A stretch of 64,000 nucleotides of DNA, from the NCBI GenBank assembly GCA_963837955.1, contig CAWIPH010000002.1:864001-928000 (forward strand). Direction: 5' to 3'. The number at the start of each line of letters is the position of its first letter. The first letter of the stretch is position 1. Shown here one piece after another: positions 10,690-19,384 of this stretch. A program made the translations under genes and the position numbers. The DNA comes from an uncultured Verrucomicrobiae bacterium (GTDB lineage Bacteria; Verrucomicrobiota; Verrucomicrobiia; Chthoniobacterales; JAFAMB01). The notes beneath the pieces were generated by a model that saw only the letters and a list, made by a program, of their open reading frames with translations, made no database searches and had not been told where the DNA came from.

Positions 10690-11283
10690 TTACTCCAGGT
10701 ATTTCGCGAGTCGCTCGCGGAGCTCGGCTCGCGCCCGGAACAGGATACTTTTGACTGCCGGAACAGTTGTTCCCATCACTTTTGCAATCTCTTCATAAGG
10801 CAGCTCCTCGTACCTTCGGAGCACGATCGCGAGGCGTTGCGCTTCGGGTAACTTGCTAATTGCATCTTGGATCGCTGTTTGTAGCTCCTCCTCGAGGAGC
10901 ACCTGATCGGGTCCTCGTTCCTTCCGGTCAACCGGTTCCGATATATCTTCCGTATGATCTACGAAATGCCGCCTTCGTCGCATCTCGTTAAAAACCAAAT
11001 TGCGAGTAATGCGAAATAGCCAGGTCGTGAATTTTGCTGTGGGCTTGTATCGCGGCGCCGATCGCCAGACGCGAATAAAGACCTGTTGGGCAAGATCCTC
11101 GGCTTCCATCTCCGAACCCAGCATTTTAGTGATTGTGCCAACCACCCGAGCCTGATGCGCCTCGACCAATAACCTGAATGACTCCATATCGCCTTCGCGG
11201 ATTCGTCGCATCCATTCGATTTCGGGTTGGTCAGATTCCGATGAAGACATGCGGGGAACGGCAGGCTTTAAGGCGATGCTCAT
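10690..11283 (-). CDS. ECF-type RNA polymerase sigma factor
   Basis: AEDLAQQVF, FTTWLFRITRN, YEEIAKVM...VKSILFRAR; start may be 11250. Confidence 0.92.
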   Translation of the reverse strand: MSIALKPAVPRMSSSESDQPEIEWMRRIREGDMESFRLLVEAHQARVVGTITKMLGSEMEAEDLAQQVFIRVWRSAPRYKPTAKFTTWLFRITRNLVFNEMRRRRHFVDHTEDISEPVDRKERGPDQVLLEEELQTAIQDAISKLPEAQRLAIVLRRYEELPYEEIAKVMGTTVPAVKSILFRARAELRERLAKYLE

Positions 11284-11366
11284 CGTATTCAGATGAACCG
11301 GGTGAGCAAATAAGAGTTGCAGGGAGCGGCCGAATGAGAGGGAGTTTGCTTGCCGGGCGATTGGAT

Positions 11367-12515
11367 ATGTGTAAAAATTTGTTTGTGAAAAATTTCACAA
11401 GGTCTCGGCTGATCTCTCCGGCGCTGCAGGACATTTACGAGAAAGCCCTCATCGGAGAACGTATCAACGAGCAGGAAGCGGCTACTCTTTTCCGGTCTAA
11501 CGATCTTAATTCCCTCGGCCAAATCGCCAACATCGTCCGTGAACGAAAAAACGGCAACCGAGCAACCTATATCCTGAATCGGTACATCAATTACTCCAAT
11601 ATTTGTGTCCTCTCTTGCCAGTTTTGCGCATTCGGTGCGCGCAGACGCGACCCGCACGCGTTCGAAATGGCGATCCCGGAAATCGAGAGTGCGGCGCGAG
11701 GTGCTCTGGAGCAAGGGATAACCGAGATCCATATGGTAGGAGGTCTCCATCCTACTTTGCCGGCGGAGTGGTACATCAAGCTTCTTGAGACGCTGCGTGC
11801 GCTGGATGAGCAACTCCACCTTAAGGCGTTTACCGCAATCGAAATACGACATTTAGCTGAACGGATCTTCAAGTTGCCGATTCCCGACACCCTCGAAACG
11901 TTGCGGAAAGCTGGCCTCAATTCATTGACTGGTGGTGGAGCCGAAATATTCGATCCGGAGGTCCGAGAGAAGGTCTGTCGAGGAAAAGAGACCGCCGAGG
12001 AATGGAAGGAAGTGCATCGGATCTGGCATGGAATGGGTGAACGTAGCACCAGCACGATGCTATTCGGCCACATCGAATCGATGGAACAGCGGGTTGATCA
12101 CCTCCGTCAGCTTCGGGAATTGCAGGACGAGACCCATGGTTTCACCGGCTTTGTACCCTTTGCTTTTGTTCCGCAAACAACTGAACTAGCCTACATTCGT
12201 CCCGCCTCGGCGCTCGACCAGCTTCGAACGTTGGCTGTCAGTCGAATCTATCTAGACAATTTCGATCATATCACCGGCTACTGGATCGCCATGTCACTCC
12301 CCTTGGCCCAGATCTCCCTGAGCTACGGCGTGGACGATCTCCACGGCACTTTGATGGAGGAGAAGATTTTTCACATGGCCGGTGCCACAACGCCCCAGCA
12401 ACAAACGGTTGCCTCCCTGGAACGGACCATTCGAGAAGCAAATCGAGAGCCGGTTCAACGGGACAGCTATTATTTTCCGATTTTGCCGAAAGAGACCCTC
12501 GCGATTCCCGCATAG
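11367..12515 (+). CDS. mqnE: Aminofutalosine synthase-like radical SAM enzyme (CofH/MqnE family)
   Basis: CVLSCQFC, GGGAEIF, MLFGHIE, EEKIFHMAGA. Confidence 0.85.
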   Translation: MCKNLFVKNFTRSRLISPALQDIYEKALIGERINEQEAATLFRSNDLNSLGQIANIVRERKNGNRATYILNRYINYSNICVLSCQFCAFGARRRDPHAFEMAIPEIESAARGALEQGITEIHMVGGLHPTLPAEWYIKLLETLRALDEQLHLKAFTAIEIRHLAERIFKLPIPDTLETLRKAGLNSLTGGGAEIFDPEVREKVCRGKETAEEWKEVHRIWHGMGERSTSTMLFGHIESMEQRVDHLRQLRELQDETHGFTGFVPFAFVPQTTELAYIRPASALDQLRTLAVSRIYLDNFDHITGYWIAMSLPLAQISLSYGVDDLHGTLMEEKIFHMAGATTPQQQTVASLERTIREANREPVQRDSYYFPILPKETLAIPA

Positions 12516-12687
12516 GGGCGGTGGTCGTAGAGCCTCCGATACATCGCGCTCAACCTCGATGCACCCGAACGAGGTCTAATCCGCACGATTCGGCGCCGGA
12601 GGATTCACCATAGTTTGATTGTAGCGGCAAGCCGCCGCGGATTCCCAGGCAACAATCGAGCCAGGAACTGGGAGTTTGAAGTCGCTA

Positions 12688-12752
12688 GGCAAAAAATGCC
12701 TAGGCAATTTCTGTTTTCCTGGACTACACCCGGAAAATAGGCAAAATTTGCC
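12688..12752. promoter_or_regulatory. Two GGCA-N5-TGCC palindromes, candidate enhancer-binding-protein sites
   Basis: GGCAAAAAATGCC (12688-12700) and GGCAAAATTTGCC (12740-12752), upstream of a sigma54-type promoter. Confidence 0.5.
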
Positions 12753-12854
12753 GGATGTCTGCATTCTGCAATCACGCAGATTTTCTCTACGGTTGCGTTG
12801 TAACCAATTTATCGACAAGAGATTACACTCCGTCGTTTCTCTGGTTTGCTGGCG

Positions 12855-12870
12855 TGGCATGGCCTGTGCT
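12855..12870 (+). promoter_or_regulatory. Sigma54-type -24/-12 promoter for fliA
   Basis: TGGCATGGCCTGTGCT fits GG-N10-GC, about 30 bp before ATG 12902. Confidence 0.55.
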
Positions 12871-12901
12871 TGGTGGGTGGCGTGTACAGAATCGACCTCC
12901 A

Positions 12902-13684
12902 ATGAGCGCCGCGCCAGTACCCTCCTCTGAAATTTTAGAATTCCCGTCGAAGGAGGATCCCGGCTTGCATCCTTCGTCGAGAGCAAATTTTGAAGCACTC
13001 CTCGAAAGTCATCTACCCCTCGTGCGGTCGATCGTCGACCGGATGAAGCGCCAGCTTCCGGCTAAAATTGATATCGAAGACCTCTATAGCGTTGGCGTTA
13101 TTGGCCTAGTCGCCGCCGCCCACAATTTTCGAGAGACTAAGAACAAGAGTTTTATCCCGTATGCCTCGATGAGAATTCGGGGAGCCGTTCTGGATGAGCT
13201 GCGGCGGATGGATTGGATGTCGCGGTCGGGGCGCTCAAAGGCGAAACAACTTGGCGCTTTGATATCTCGAATCGAACAGGAGCAGGGCGGTGCGGTCGCG
13301 CCGGCGCAGCTTTGCGAGGAACTGGATATCAGCGAAGAGGAGCTGGACGCTTTGCTGGAACAGGTGCGCCCAATAAAAATCATCTCCCTGGATGTCCCGG
13401 AGGACTGGGAAGAAAGCGAACATTCACTACACGATATTATACCAGACGACAGCGGATGTTCTGCTCTTGAGAGCCTCGAAAGGAAAGAATTGACCGAGCT
13501 GATTGCCGAACGCATCAAACAGCTCCCGGATGTGCCCAAGAGAGTCTTAGCTATGTACTACTACGAAGGCATGAAGCTAGCCGATATTGCTGCTGCTTTT
13601 GGTCTGACTGAGTCGCGAATTTGCCAGATTCACACCCAAGCCGTGCAGCAGTTACGCACATACGTCCTTAGTTTGCTCGTCTAA
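12902..13684 (+). CDS. fliA: FliA/WhiG family sigma-28 factor
   Basis: YASMRIRGAVLDELRRMDW, LTESRICQIH; start set at MSAAPVP. Confidence 0.9.
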   Translation: MSAAPVPSSEILEFPSKEDPGLHPSSRANFEALLESHLPLVRSIVDRMKRQLPAKIDIEDLYSVGVIGLVAAAHNFRETKNKSFIPYASMRIRGAVLDELRRMDWMSRSGRSKAKQLGALISRIEQEQGGAVAPAQLCEELDISEEELDALLEQVRPIKIISLDVPEDWEESEHSLHDIIPDDSGCSALESLERKELTELIAERIKQLPDVPKRVLAMYYYEGMKLADIAAAFGLTESRICQIHTQAVQQLRTYVLSLLV

Positions 13685-13696
13685 GCAACTCATTTT

Positions 13697-14116
13697 TTGA
13701 TCGTTAATCACATGGAAACGCAATTAGAATGGGATCAACTCGTCGACTCATTGAGAGATGAGCTCCAGGAAAAAGGAGGGTTGATTCGCTTGCTAAATCT
13801 ACAAACGGAACTTCTGTACCAGCGTGATCCGCGGGGAAACGAGCGTGTCGAGGAACAAATCCGCGGACAACTTCGGTTGGCCTCGCGCTGTACTCAACGC
13901 CGTGAGTTGATTTTGCGGGAGACCGCTGTGCGGTTGAACTTGCGGGAAGACGCCGAGACGGTTGAAATCGTCGGGCGATTTCCGGAGTACGTGCAGCCAT
14001 TACTGGAGGCTCTTTTTACGGAAGTAGAGCGGTTGAGCGGACGCATGCAGGAGCGTCTGAGACAAAACCAAGAGCTGAAGGTCCGTTTTCTATCGGAGGC
14101 GACTTCAATCGTATGA
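13697..14116 (+). CDS. FlgN-like helical chaperone
   Basis: All-helical, about 139 aa; LVDSLRDELQEKGGLIRLL...NQEL pattern; lies between fliA and csrA. Confidence 0.55.
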   Translation: MIVNHMETQLEWDQLVDSLRDELQEKGGLIRLLNLQTELLYQRDPRGNERVEEQIRGQLRLASRCTQRRELILRETAVRLNLREDAETVEIVGRFPEYVQPLLEALFTEVERLSGRMQERLRQNQELKVRFLSEATSIV

Positions 14117-14133
14117 ACTATTTGGCAGATGCC

Positions 14134-14211
14134 GCCACAGGATGGCACTGCCGAGACAATGTCTGGGCCCCCCCCGGATAAATAAACAGTAAGGAATAAC
14201 AAAGGATGTTA
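14134..14211 (+). promoter_or_regulatory. CsrA-binding GGA hairpins in the csrA leader
   Basis: GCCA-CAGGA-TGGC (14134-14146) and TAACA-AAGGA-TGTTA (14197-14211, overlapping the ATG); further GGA at 14176 and 14193. Confidence 0.6.
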
Positions 14212-14448
14212 ATTCTATCGAGAAAGGTAAATGAGGGTATCGTCATCGGTGATACGATCCATATCAAGGTCACCCGGATTGACGGTGACGCAGTAAAGAT
14301 AGGAATCGAGGCACCGAAAGAGATCCCGATTTTTCGGACTGAGATCTATCAACCGAATCATCAATTGACCCGGACGAAGACCGAGCCTACCGAGGGCGTG
14401 AGACCTCCGGAACGGAATCGCGTCGCGCAAAAAATTTCTGCGGTCTGA
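14206..14448 (+). CDS. csrA: Carbon storage regulator CsrA
   Basis: [35 protein letters not shown]. Confidence 0.95.
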   Translation: MLILSRKVNEGIVIGDTIHIKVTRIDGDAVKIGIEAPKEIPIFRTEIYQPNHQLTRTKTEPTEGVRPPERNRVAQKISAV

Positions 14449-14508
14449 TCCTGTAGAAATTACTCTTGCCATTTGACGGCGCGCGGCTTCATTCGGATCT
14501 GCTCGCGC

Positions 14509-14593
14509 GCCGATGTGGCGGAATGGCAGACGCAACGGACTTAAAATCCGTTGGACCGAAAGGTCCGTGCGGGTTCGAGTCCCGCCATCGGCA
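14509..14593 (+). tRNA. tRNA-Leu (anticodon TAA)
   Basis: GCCGATG acceptor stem pairs with CATCGGC; anticodon arm ACGGA-CTTAAAA-TCCGT; long variable arm; GGTTCGAGTCC; CCA not encoded. Confidence 0.95.
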
Positions 14594-14604
14594 GATTGAG
14601 TTTC

Positions 14605-14645
14605 GAAAAGAACGGCTCCCAGACTTGGTTTGGGAGCCGTTTTTC
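14605..14645 (+). terminator. Intrinsic terminator (possibly bidirectional)
   Basis: AACGGCTCCCAGAC-TTG-GTTTGGGAGCCGTT followed by a T run and preceded by an A-rich tract. Confidence 0.75.
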
Positions 14646-14734
14646 ATTACTCTTCCACCGACGCCCGGTAAGAGTCATCCCTCGGCCGCGGGCTGGGAGA
14701 TTGAAGCAACGTCGCCGCGTATTCATGTCGCCGG

Positions 14735-15508
14735 CTAGAGCCACGGCTCCGCCCACGCGAGCCCATCTTCAGTTTTTCCGGCCGGTTTGTATTCGCAACC
14801 GATCCAGCCCTCGTAGCCGAGTTTGTCGACCAATCTGAATAGGTGCGAAAAATTGATCTCACCGCGATCGGGTTCGCCGCGATCAGGTACCCCAGCCACC
14901 TGAATATGGCTAATGTCCGCGAAAAAGCGCTCTGTCCGCCGAGTTAAATCACCACCCATGATCTGCGTGTGATACCAATCCAACTGGATCCTGAGTCTGG
15001 GATGTTTCAGGTCGGCCAAGATAGCGGCAGCCTGCTCAACCGTAGACAAATAGTAACCAGGAAAATCGCGATTGTTGATCGGTTCAAGGACGAAGAGAAG
15101 ATCCAGATCGGCAGTTTGACCGAGCGCAAATTCGAGGTTGGAAAGGAATGTTGCATGAGCCCTTTCTAGTTCTATCCCCTGCGTGATTCCCGCCATGACA
15201 TGCAGGCGGCGTACCTCCAAAACACTTGCGTATTTGACCGCCAGCTGAACCGAACTACAGAACTCCTTTTCCCGGCCGGGAATCGCCGCGATTCCTCGCT
15301 CGCCCTTTTCAAAATCTCCTGGCGGTAAATTAAAGAGTACGGCTGTTAGTCCAGTCTCGCGCAATCTGCTCGAGATTTCGGCAGGGCTGAATGGATACGG
15401 AAAAAGAAACTCTACCGCTTTGAAACCGGATCTTGCGGCGGCGTCGAAACGATCGAGAAACGGCGACTCTTGATAAAGCCAGGACAAATTGGCGGCAAAT
15501 TTCGGCAT
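14735..15508 (-). CDS. otnI: 2-oxo-tetronate isomerase (hydroxypyruvate isomerase family)
   Basis: MPKFAANLS, EPINNRDFPGY, HIQVAGVPDRGEP, GCEYKP; operon context. Confidence 0.8.
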   Translation of the reverse strand: MPKFAANLSWLYQESPFLDRFDAAARSGFKAVEFLFPYPFSPAEISSRLRETGLTAVLFNLPPGDFEKGERGIAAIPGREKEFCSSVQLAVKYASVLEVRRLHVMAGITQGIELERAHATFLSNLEFALGQTADLDLLFVLEPINNRDFPGYYLSTVEQAAAILADLKHPRLRIQLDWYHTQIMGGDLTRRTERFFADISHIQVAGVPDRGEPDRGEINFSHLFRLVDKLGYEGWIGCEYKPAGKTEDGLAWAEPWL

Positions 15509-15514
15509 AGAATG

Positions 15515-15635
15515 GAACGCCGGGAACGCCGTCAACGCCCCGATCGCCGGGAACTGTACGAAAGTGCTTTCTCCACATTATTCGATATGCAGTTCCTGTC
15601 TCTATAAACTGGCGCCTTCGGCGTTCCCGGCGTTC
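15515..15635. repeat. Intergenic inverted-repeat (REP-like) element
   Basis: GAACGCCGGGAACGCCG (15515-15531) and its reverse complement (15619-15635). Confidence 0.65.
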
Positions 15636-15673
15636 TCATCAGTTTCTGTTGTGCATTCGTGGTTTCTGAATTT

Positions 15674-16315
15674 TCACCATACGGCGCCAAAGGTCTCCCT
15701 CAGCTCCTGGATCTGGCTTTCCGTCAGGGTTCGAATCTTGTGTCCATGAAGAGATAACATCAGCTTCGCGGTCTCCTCTAACTCCTCGACGGCATACATT
15801 GCGGAATCGAGCTCTTTTCCGGAAACAACCGGGCCGTGATTCGCCAGCAGGACAGCCGCGTGCTGAGAGGCGTGCTTGGCAATTTCCAATGCGAGCGCTT
15901 TGTCACCGGGCCGAAAATAAGGAATCAAAGGTAGTTTCCCGACCCGCATCACAAAGTAAGGCGTTATCGGCGGAATGCAGCTGGCTGGATCAAGCTCTTC
16001 CAAGCAAGAGACCGCCGCAGCGTGGCTGCTATGCAGATGAACAATCGCGCCACTCTCGGCCCGGCTTTCGTACATGGCGAGGTGAAGAAAGTATTCCTTA
16101 CTCGGCTTTTCGCCCGAAAGGTGTTTCCCATTCCAATCCAGTTTTGCCAGCGCAGACGGATCCAACTCACCGAGACAAGAATTCGTCGGGGTCAGAATCC
16201 AGCCGTCTTCCACCCGGGCACTGATATTGCCACTGCTTCCGGGGCTGAGTCCGCGGCGATGCAGACTGAGACCGATTTCAACGATGCGTTCTCGAATCTT
16301 GTTTTCTTGGTTCAT
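15674..16315 (-). CDS. otnC: 3-oxo-tetronate 4-phosphate decarboxylase (class II aldolase)
   Basis: GSSGNIS, KPSKE, HLHSSH, LLANHGP; ATGA overlap with otnK. Confidence 0.85.
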   Translation of the reverse strand: MNQENKIRERIVEIGLSLHRRGLSPGSSGNISARVEDGWILTPTNSCLGELDPSALAKLDWNGKHLSGEKPSKEYFLHLAMYESRAESGAIVHLHSSHAAAVSCLEELDPASCIPPITPYFVMRVGKLPLIPYFRPGDKALALEIAKHASQHAAVLLANHGPVVSGKELDSAMYAVEELEETAKLMLSLHGHKIRTLTESQIQELRETFGAVW

Positions 16316-17571
16316 GATAGCTGCTCCCAAGCTTTCGTAAAAAAGTCCTCACTGCCGAAGTTTCCGGACTTTAAAGCCAGAGCCAGCTGTTTTCCTGGGC
16401 CGGTGGCCAAAGTCCACGGGACACCAGGATCGATCTCTGGTCCAATCTGGAGTAGGTCTAGTCCTAGTCTTTTAACCACTGCTCCTGAGGTTTCGCCGCC
16501 AGCAACAATCAACTGGGTGAGTCCGTTGTCGACCAATGACGAAGCAATTTCGGCTAAAGCATGTTCGCAGAGTAAGCCAGTCCTTTCGAGGCCAAGGTTA
16601 TTTTGGTTTTTCACGAGTCCCTCCACCGTCTCACTGGTATAAATGAGCAGCGGCTTCGGTTCGCTCCCCATCTCTGTTGCCCATGACAGTGCGTCGCGAA
16701 TCACCGCCTCAGAATCTTCCGCCAGATTCTTCACTGAGATCTGGCGATGCCGGCATGCTCCTTTGGCGTGTTCGATCTGACGCAGGGTCATTTTTGAGCA
16801 GCTTCCCGCAAGAATGGCCCGGCCTCCCCGAAAGGCCGGAACCGAAACCGGAGCTGCGCCGCTGAGCCCGAAATTCGCCGCGAGTCCTAAAGCCAGACCG
16901 GAACCGCCGGTCACTAAGGTGAGATCTTTAGTAGAACTGCCAAGCGTAAGGAGATCGGCATTCCCAAGGCAATCGGTGATCGCGATGCGAACACCACCCG
17001 AACGCAATTTTTCGATTTCCTGAGTAACCCTGTTGAGGCCTTTGCTAATCTTATCAAACCGAATCAGACCCACCTTTGAGGAGGTTTGCTCAGAGAGAAA
17101 ACGCACCAGATTCGGATCAGTCATTGGCGTCAGTGGATGATTCTGCATTCCGCTCTCGCTCAGAAGTATGTCGTGCACGAAGAGGTGACCGCGATAAACG
17201 GTGCGGCCATTATCCGGAAAAGCCGGGCAGCCGATCGTGAAATCGCTGCCGAGCGCTTCCAGTAAAGCGTCGATGACCGGGCCAATGTTGCCTCGAGGCG
17301 TCGAGTCAAAGGTCGAGGAATATTTGAAGTAGAACTGTTTGCCGCCTGAGGCTCGGAGCCACTCGATCGCCTCCAGCGACTCCTTCACGGCCTGTTCGGG
17401 TGGACAGGTACGTGTTTTCAGGGCCACAACGATGGCATCTGAGTCGGCCATTGCTTTGGTGTGGCGAGGGATGCCGAGCGTTTGCACGGTTCGAAAGCCG
17501 CTCTTGACCAAATTGTTGGCCAGATCTGTTCCACCGGTAAAATCGTCCGCGATACAGCCGAGGAGAGGCAT
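16312..17571 (-). CDS. otnK: 3-oxo-tetronate kinase (four-carbon acid sugar kinase)
   Basis: GCIADDFTGGTD, STFDSTPRGNIG, AGGETSG, LKSGNFG. Confidence 0.9.
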   Translation of the reverse strand: MPLLGCIADDFTGGTDLANNLVKSGFRTVQTLGIPRHTKAMADSDAIVVALKTRTCPPEQAVKESLEAIEWLRASGGKQFYFKYSSTFDSTPRGNIGPVIDALLEALGSDFTIGCPAFPDNGRTVYRGHLFVHDILLSESGMQNHPLTPMTDPNLVRFLSEQTSSKVGLIRFDKISKGLNRVTQEIEKLRSGGVRIAITDCLGNADLLTLGSSTKDLTLVTGGSGLALGLAANFGLSGAAPVSVPAFRGGRAILAGSCSKMTLRQIEHAKGACRHRQISVKNLAEDSEAVIRDALSWATEMGSEPKPLLIYTSETVEGLVKNQNNLGLERTGLLCEHALAEIASSLVDNGLTQLIVAGGETSGAVVKRLGLDLLQIGPEIDPGVPWTLATGPGKQLALALKSGNFGSEDFFTKAWEQLS

Positions 17572-17990
17572 AATGTATTTCCTGTATTGAGAACCTCCCG
17601 CTGGAATACCGCAACTAATTCATGTGAACCACGAATGGAGGGTGGGCGAAGCCGTTTCGGCCGCAGCGTCGCTTGGTCTATTGGAAACACGGGAGTTTAC
17701 GCGGCTAATGAGGGCTGGACGCGGATTGGCGGGACGGTAGGGCGAAACAGATCCAGCGGAAGAAGGATCTGTGAGCTAGGGCGCGCTGACGAAATATTTA
17801 GAAATCCAACCGGCCTCGGTGCAGCGGCAGCGCGCATCCCGCGATTCGCAGAACCGCTGAAGATACCAAATTCCTTCACGCACCTCTCGCCGAAAAACAC
17901 GTTCATGAATGCCCGATGCTGGACGCGGAGCGCCTTTGCAGGTCATGCCCGATATCGGGTTCGATGCTTAGCGACGAGCGACCGTCCCTG

Positions 17991-18263
17991 TTATTCCACG
18001 ATCCTCGAGCTTTTTTGCCTATGCTGCGCGCAACCGGCCACCGTTAGCGGTCCCGGATCTCGATTCGTTTGCGCTACTCCTTTGAGGCGAAAATAGATGG
18101 CCAGTGCTTCTTCCGTAATTCGCGGCTCCTGACTTCCTCCTCGGGCTTCACTTTCCTGTTTGAGCGCCGCAAGGATTCGCTTGTCCAGTTTCACGTGAAG
18201 CCATTGAAAGCCCGTCTTCTCCTGGGCGGAGCTGTTCCATTTTCCATTTTTAGATAACGACAT
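17991..18263 (-). CDS. Small hypothetical protein, possible ribbon-helix-helix
   Basis: LHVKLDKRILAALKQES...ITEEALAIYF resembles a beta-alpha-alpha pattern. Confidence 0.35.
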   Translation of the reverse strand: MSLSKNGKWNSSAQEKTGFQWLHVKLDKRILAALKQESEARGGSQEPRITEEALAIYFRLKGVAQTNRDPGPLTVAGCAQHRQKSSRIVE

Positions 18264-18401
18264 GATCGATATTTTCCCGGATTCTCTTCACCCGATCCAG
18301 GGCTAGACAGGTTTGTTTAGCACTGTTAGATCGCGATCAATCAACCGCCGCCACCATAAAGGCAGGAGGTGAGCAAGCAAATAGCGGGGATTGACTAGAG
18401 C

Positions 18402-19307
18402 ATGTCTATTCTTGACCTTGCTACTATGTCTCCTGGTCGCCCCAAATTGGACAAGCCTCCCTATTTCGTCTCGACGCAGGTCACAGAAGCGCGCCGCTAT
18501 TATCTCGACTTGGCACCAAAACACACTCGCCAGATTACGGTGGTCTGTGGCGGCTGCGAACGCATGCGGTCTGACTACCTGGTCGACCGAAGTACATTTC
18601 CATTTTTTGTTCTTGAATTTGTCGCCGAAGGCGCCGGATCGCTCGAATTGGTCGGGCGCCGTTATCGATTGCGGGCCGGCGTGACTTTCTGGTATGGGCC
18701 CGGTGCGCACCACACTATTCGGACCGAGGCTTCCCGGCCGATGCTGAAGTACTACATCGTGTTCACGGGAATGGAGGGCGAGCGCCTGCTTGAGGAGAGC
18801 CCGCTGCGCGGGTGGAAGGCGGTACAAGTTTCCTCTCCGAAGGAGGTTGTGGAGTTATTTGAAATTCTTCAGCGCGAAGGCGCGAGCGAGAGCGAGTATG
18901 GGGCCCGGATCTGTGCAGCGCTCTTGCCGGTGCTTATCACCAAAATCACGGACCGCGCCGTACCATACGCCATTGGAGAATCGCGAGCACTCGCGACGTT
19001 CCATCGAGCGAAACATTGGATTGAGCAGCACTATGTCCGTCTCAGAACCGTTGAACAGGCCGCGCGCGCCTGCCACGTGGAGGTCGCGTACCTGAGCCGT
19101 TTGTTCCAGCGCTTCGGTCACACGACCCCATACCGTTTCCTCATGCGGCTAAAGATGAACCGGGCAACCGAACTACTAGTCGACGGTATGCTGGTGAAGG
19201 AAGTGGCAGCGGAATTGGAGTTCGCCGACGCGTTCCATTTTTCGCGGGTGTTCAAGCGCCTCTATGGCCTTCCTCCGGGGCATTTTGTAAAGCACAGTCG
19301 CGAATGA
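18402..19307 (+). CDS. AraC family transcriptional regulator
   Basis: Cupin-like N-terminus; YLSRLFQR, VKEVAAELEFADAFHFSRVFKR. Confidence 0.92.
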   Translation: MSILDLATMSPGRPKLDKPPYFVSTQVTEARRYYLDLAPKHTRQITVVCGGCERMRSDYLVDRSTFPFFVLEFVAEGAGSLELVGRRYRLRAGVTFWYGPGAHHTIRTEASRPMLKYYIVFTGMEGERLLEESPLRGWKAVQVSSPKEVVELFEILQREGASESEYGARICAALLPVLITKITDRAVPYAIGESRALATFHRAKHWIEQHYVRLRTVEQAARACHVEVAYLSRLFQRFGHTTPYRFLMRLKMNRATELLVDGMLVKEVAAELEFADAFHFSRVFKRLYGLPPGHFVKHSRE

Positions 19308-19384
19308 CGTAACCGGCGGAGATTCCTCCGACCTGCGCTATCCAAAGGCGACGATGATCGCTAGGGGCCGGCTGCTGCCCGCGA

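Noticed and set aside
14117..14205. Sigma-28 promoter before csrA
   Set aside because: GCCGAGAC only weakly resembles the -10 box, and there is no TAAA at the right spacing
14509..14593. tRNA-Leu as an island integration site
   Set aside because: No adjacent integrase and no duplicated tRNA 3' end found in the window
17697..17906. 69-aa minus-strand ORF upstream of otnK
   Set aside because: No recognisable motif or clear RBS; cannot be supported
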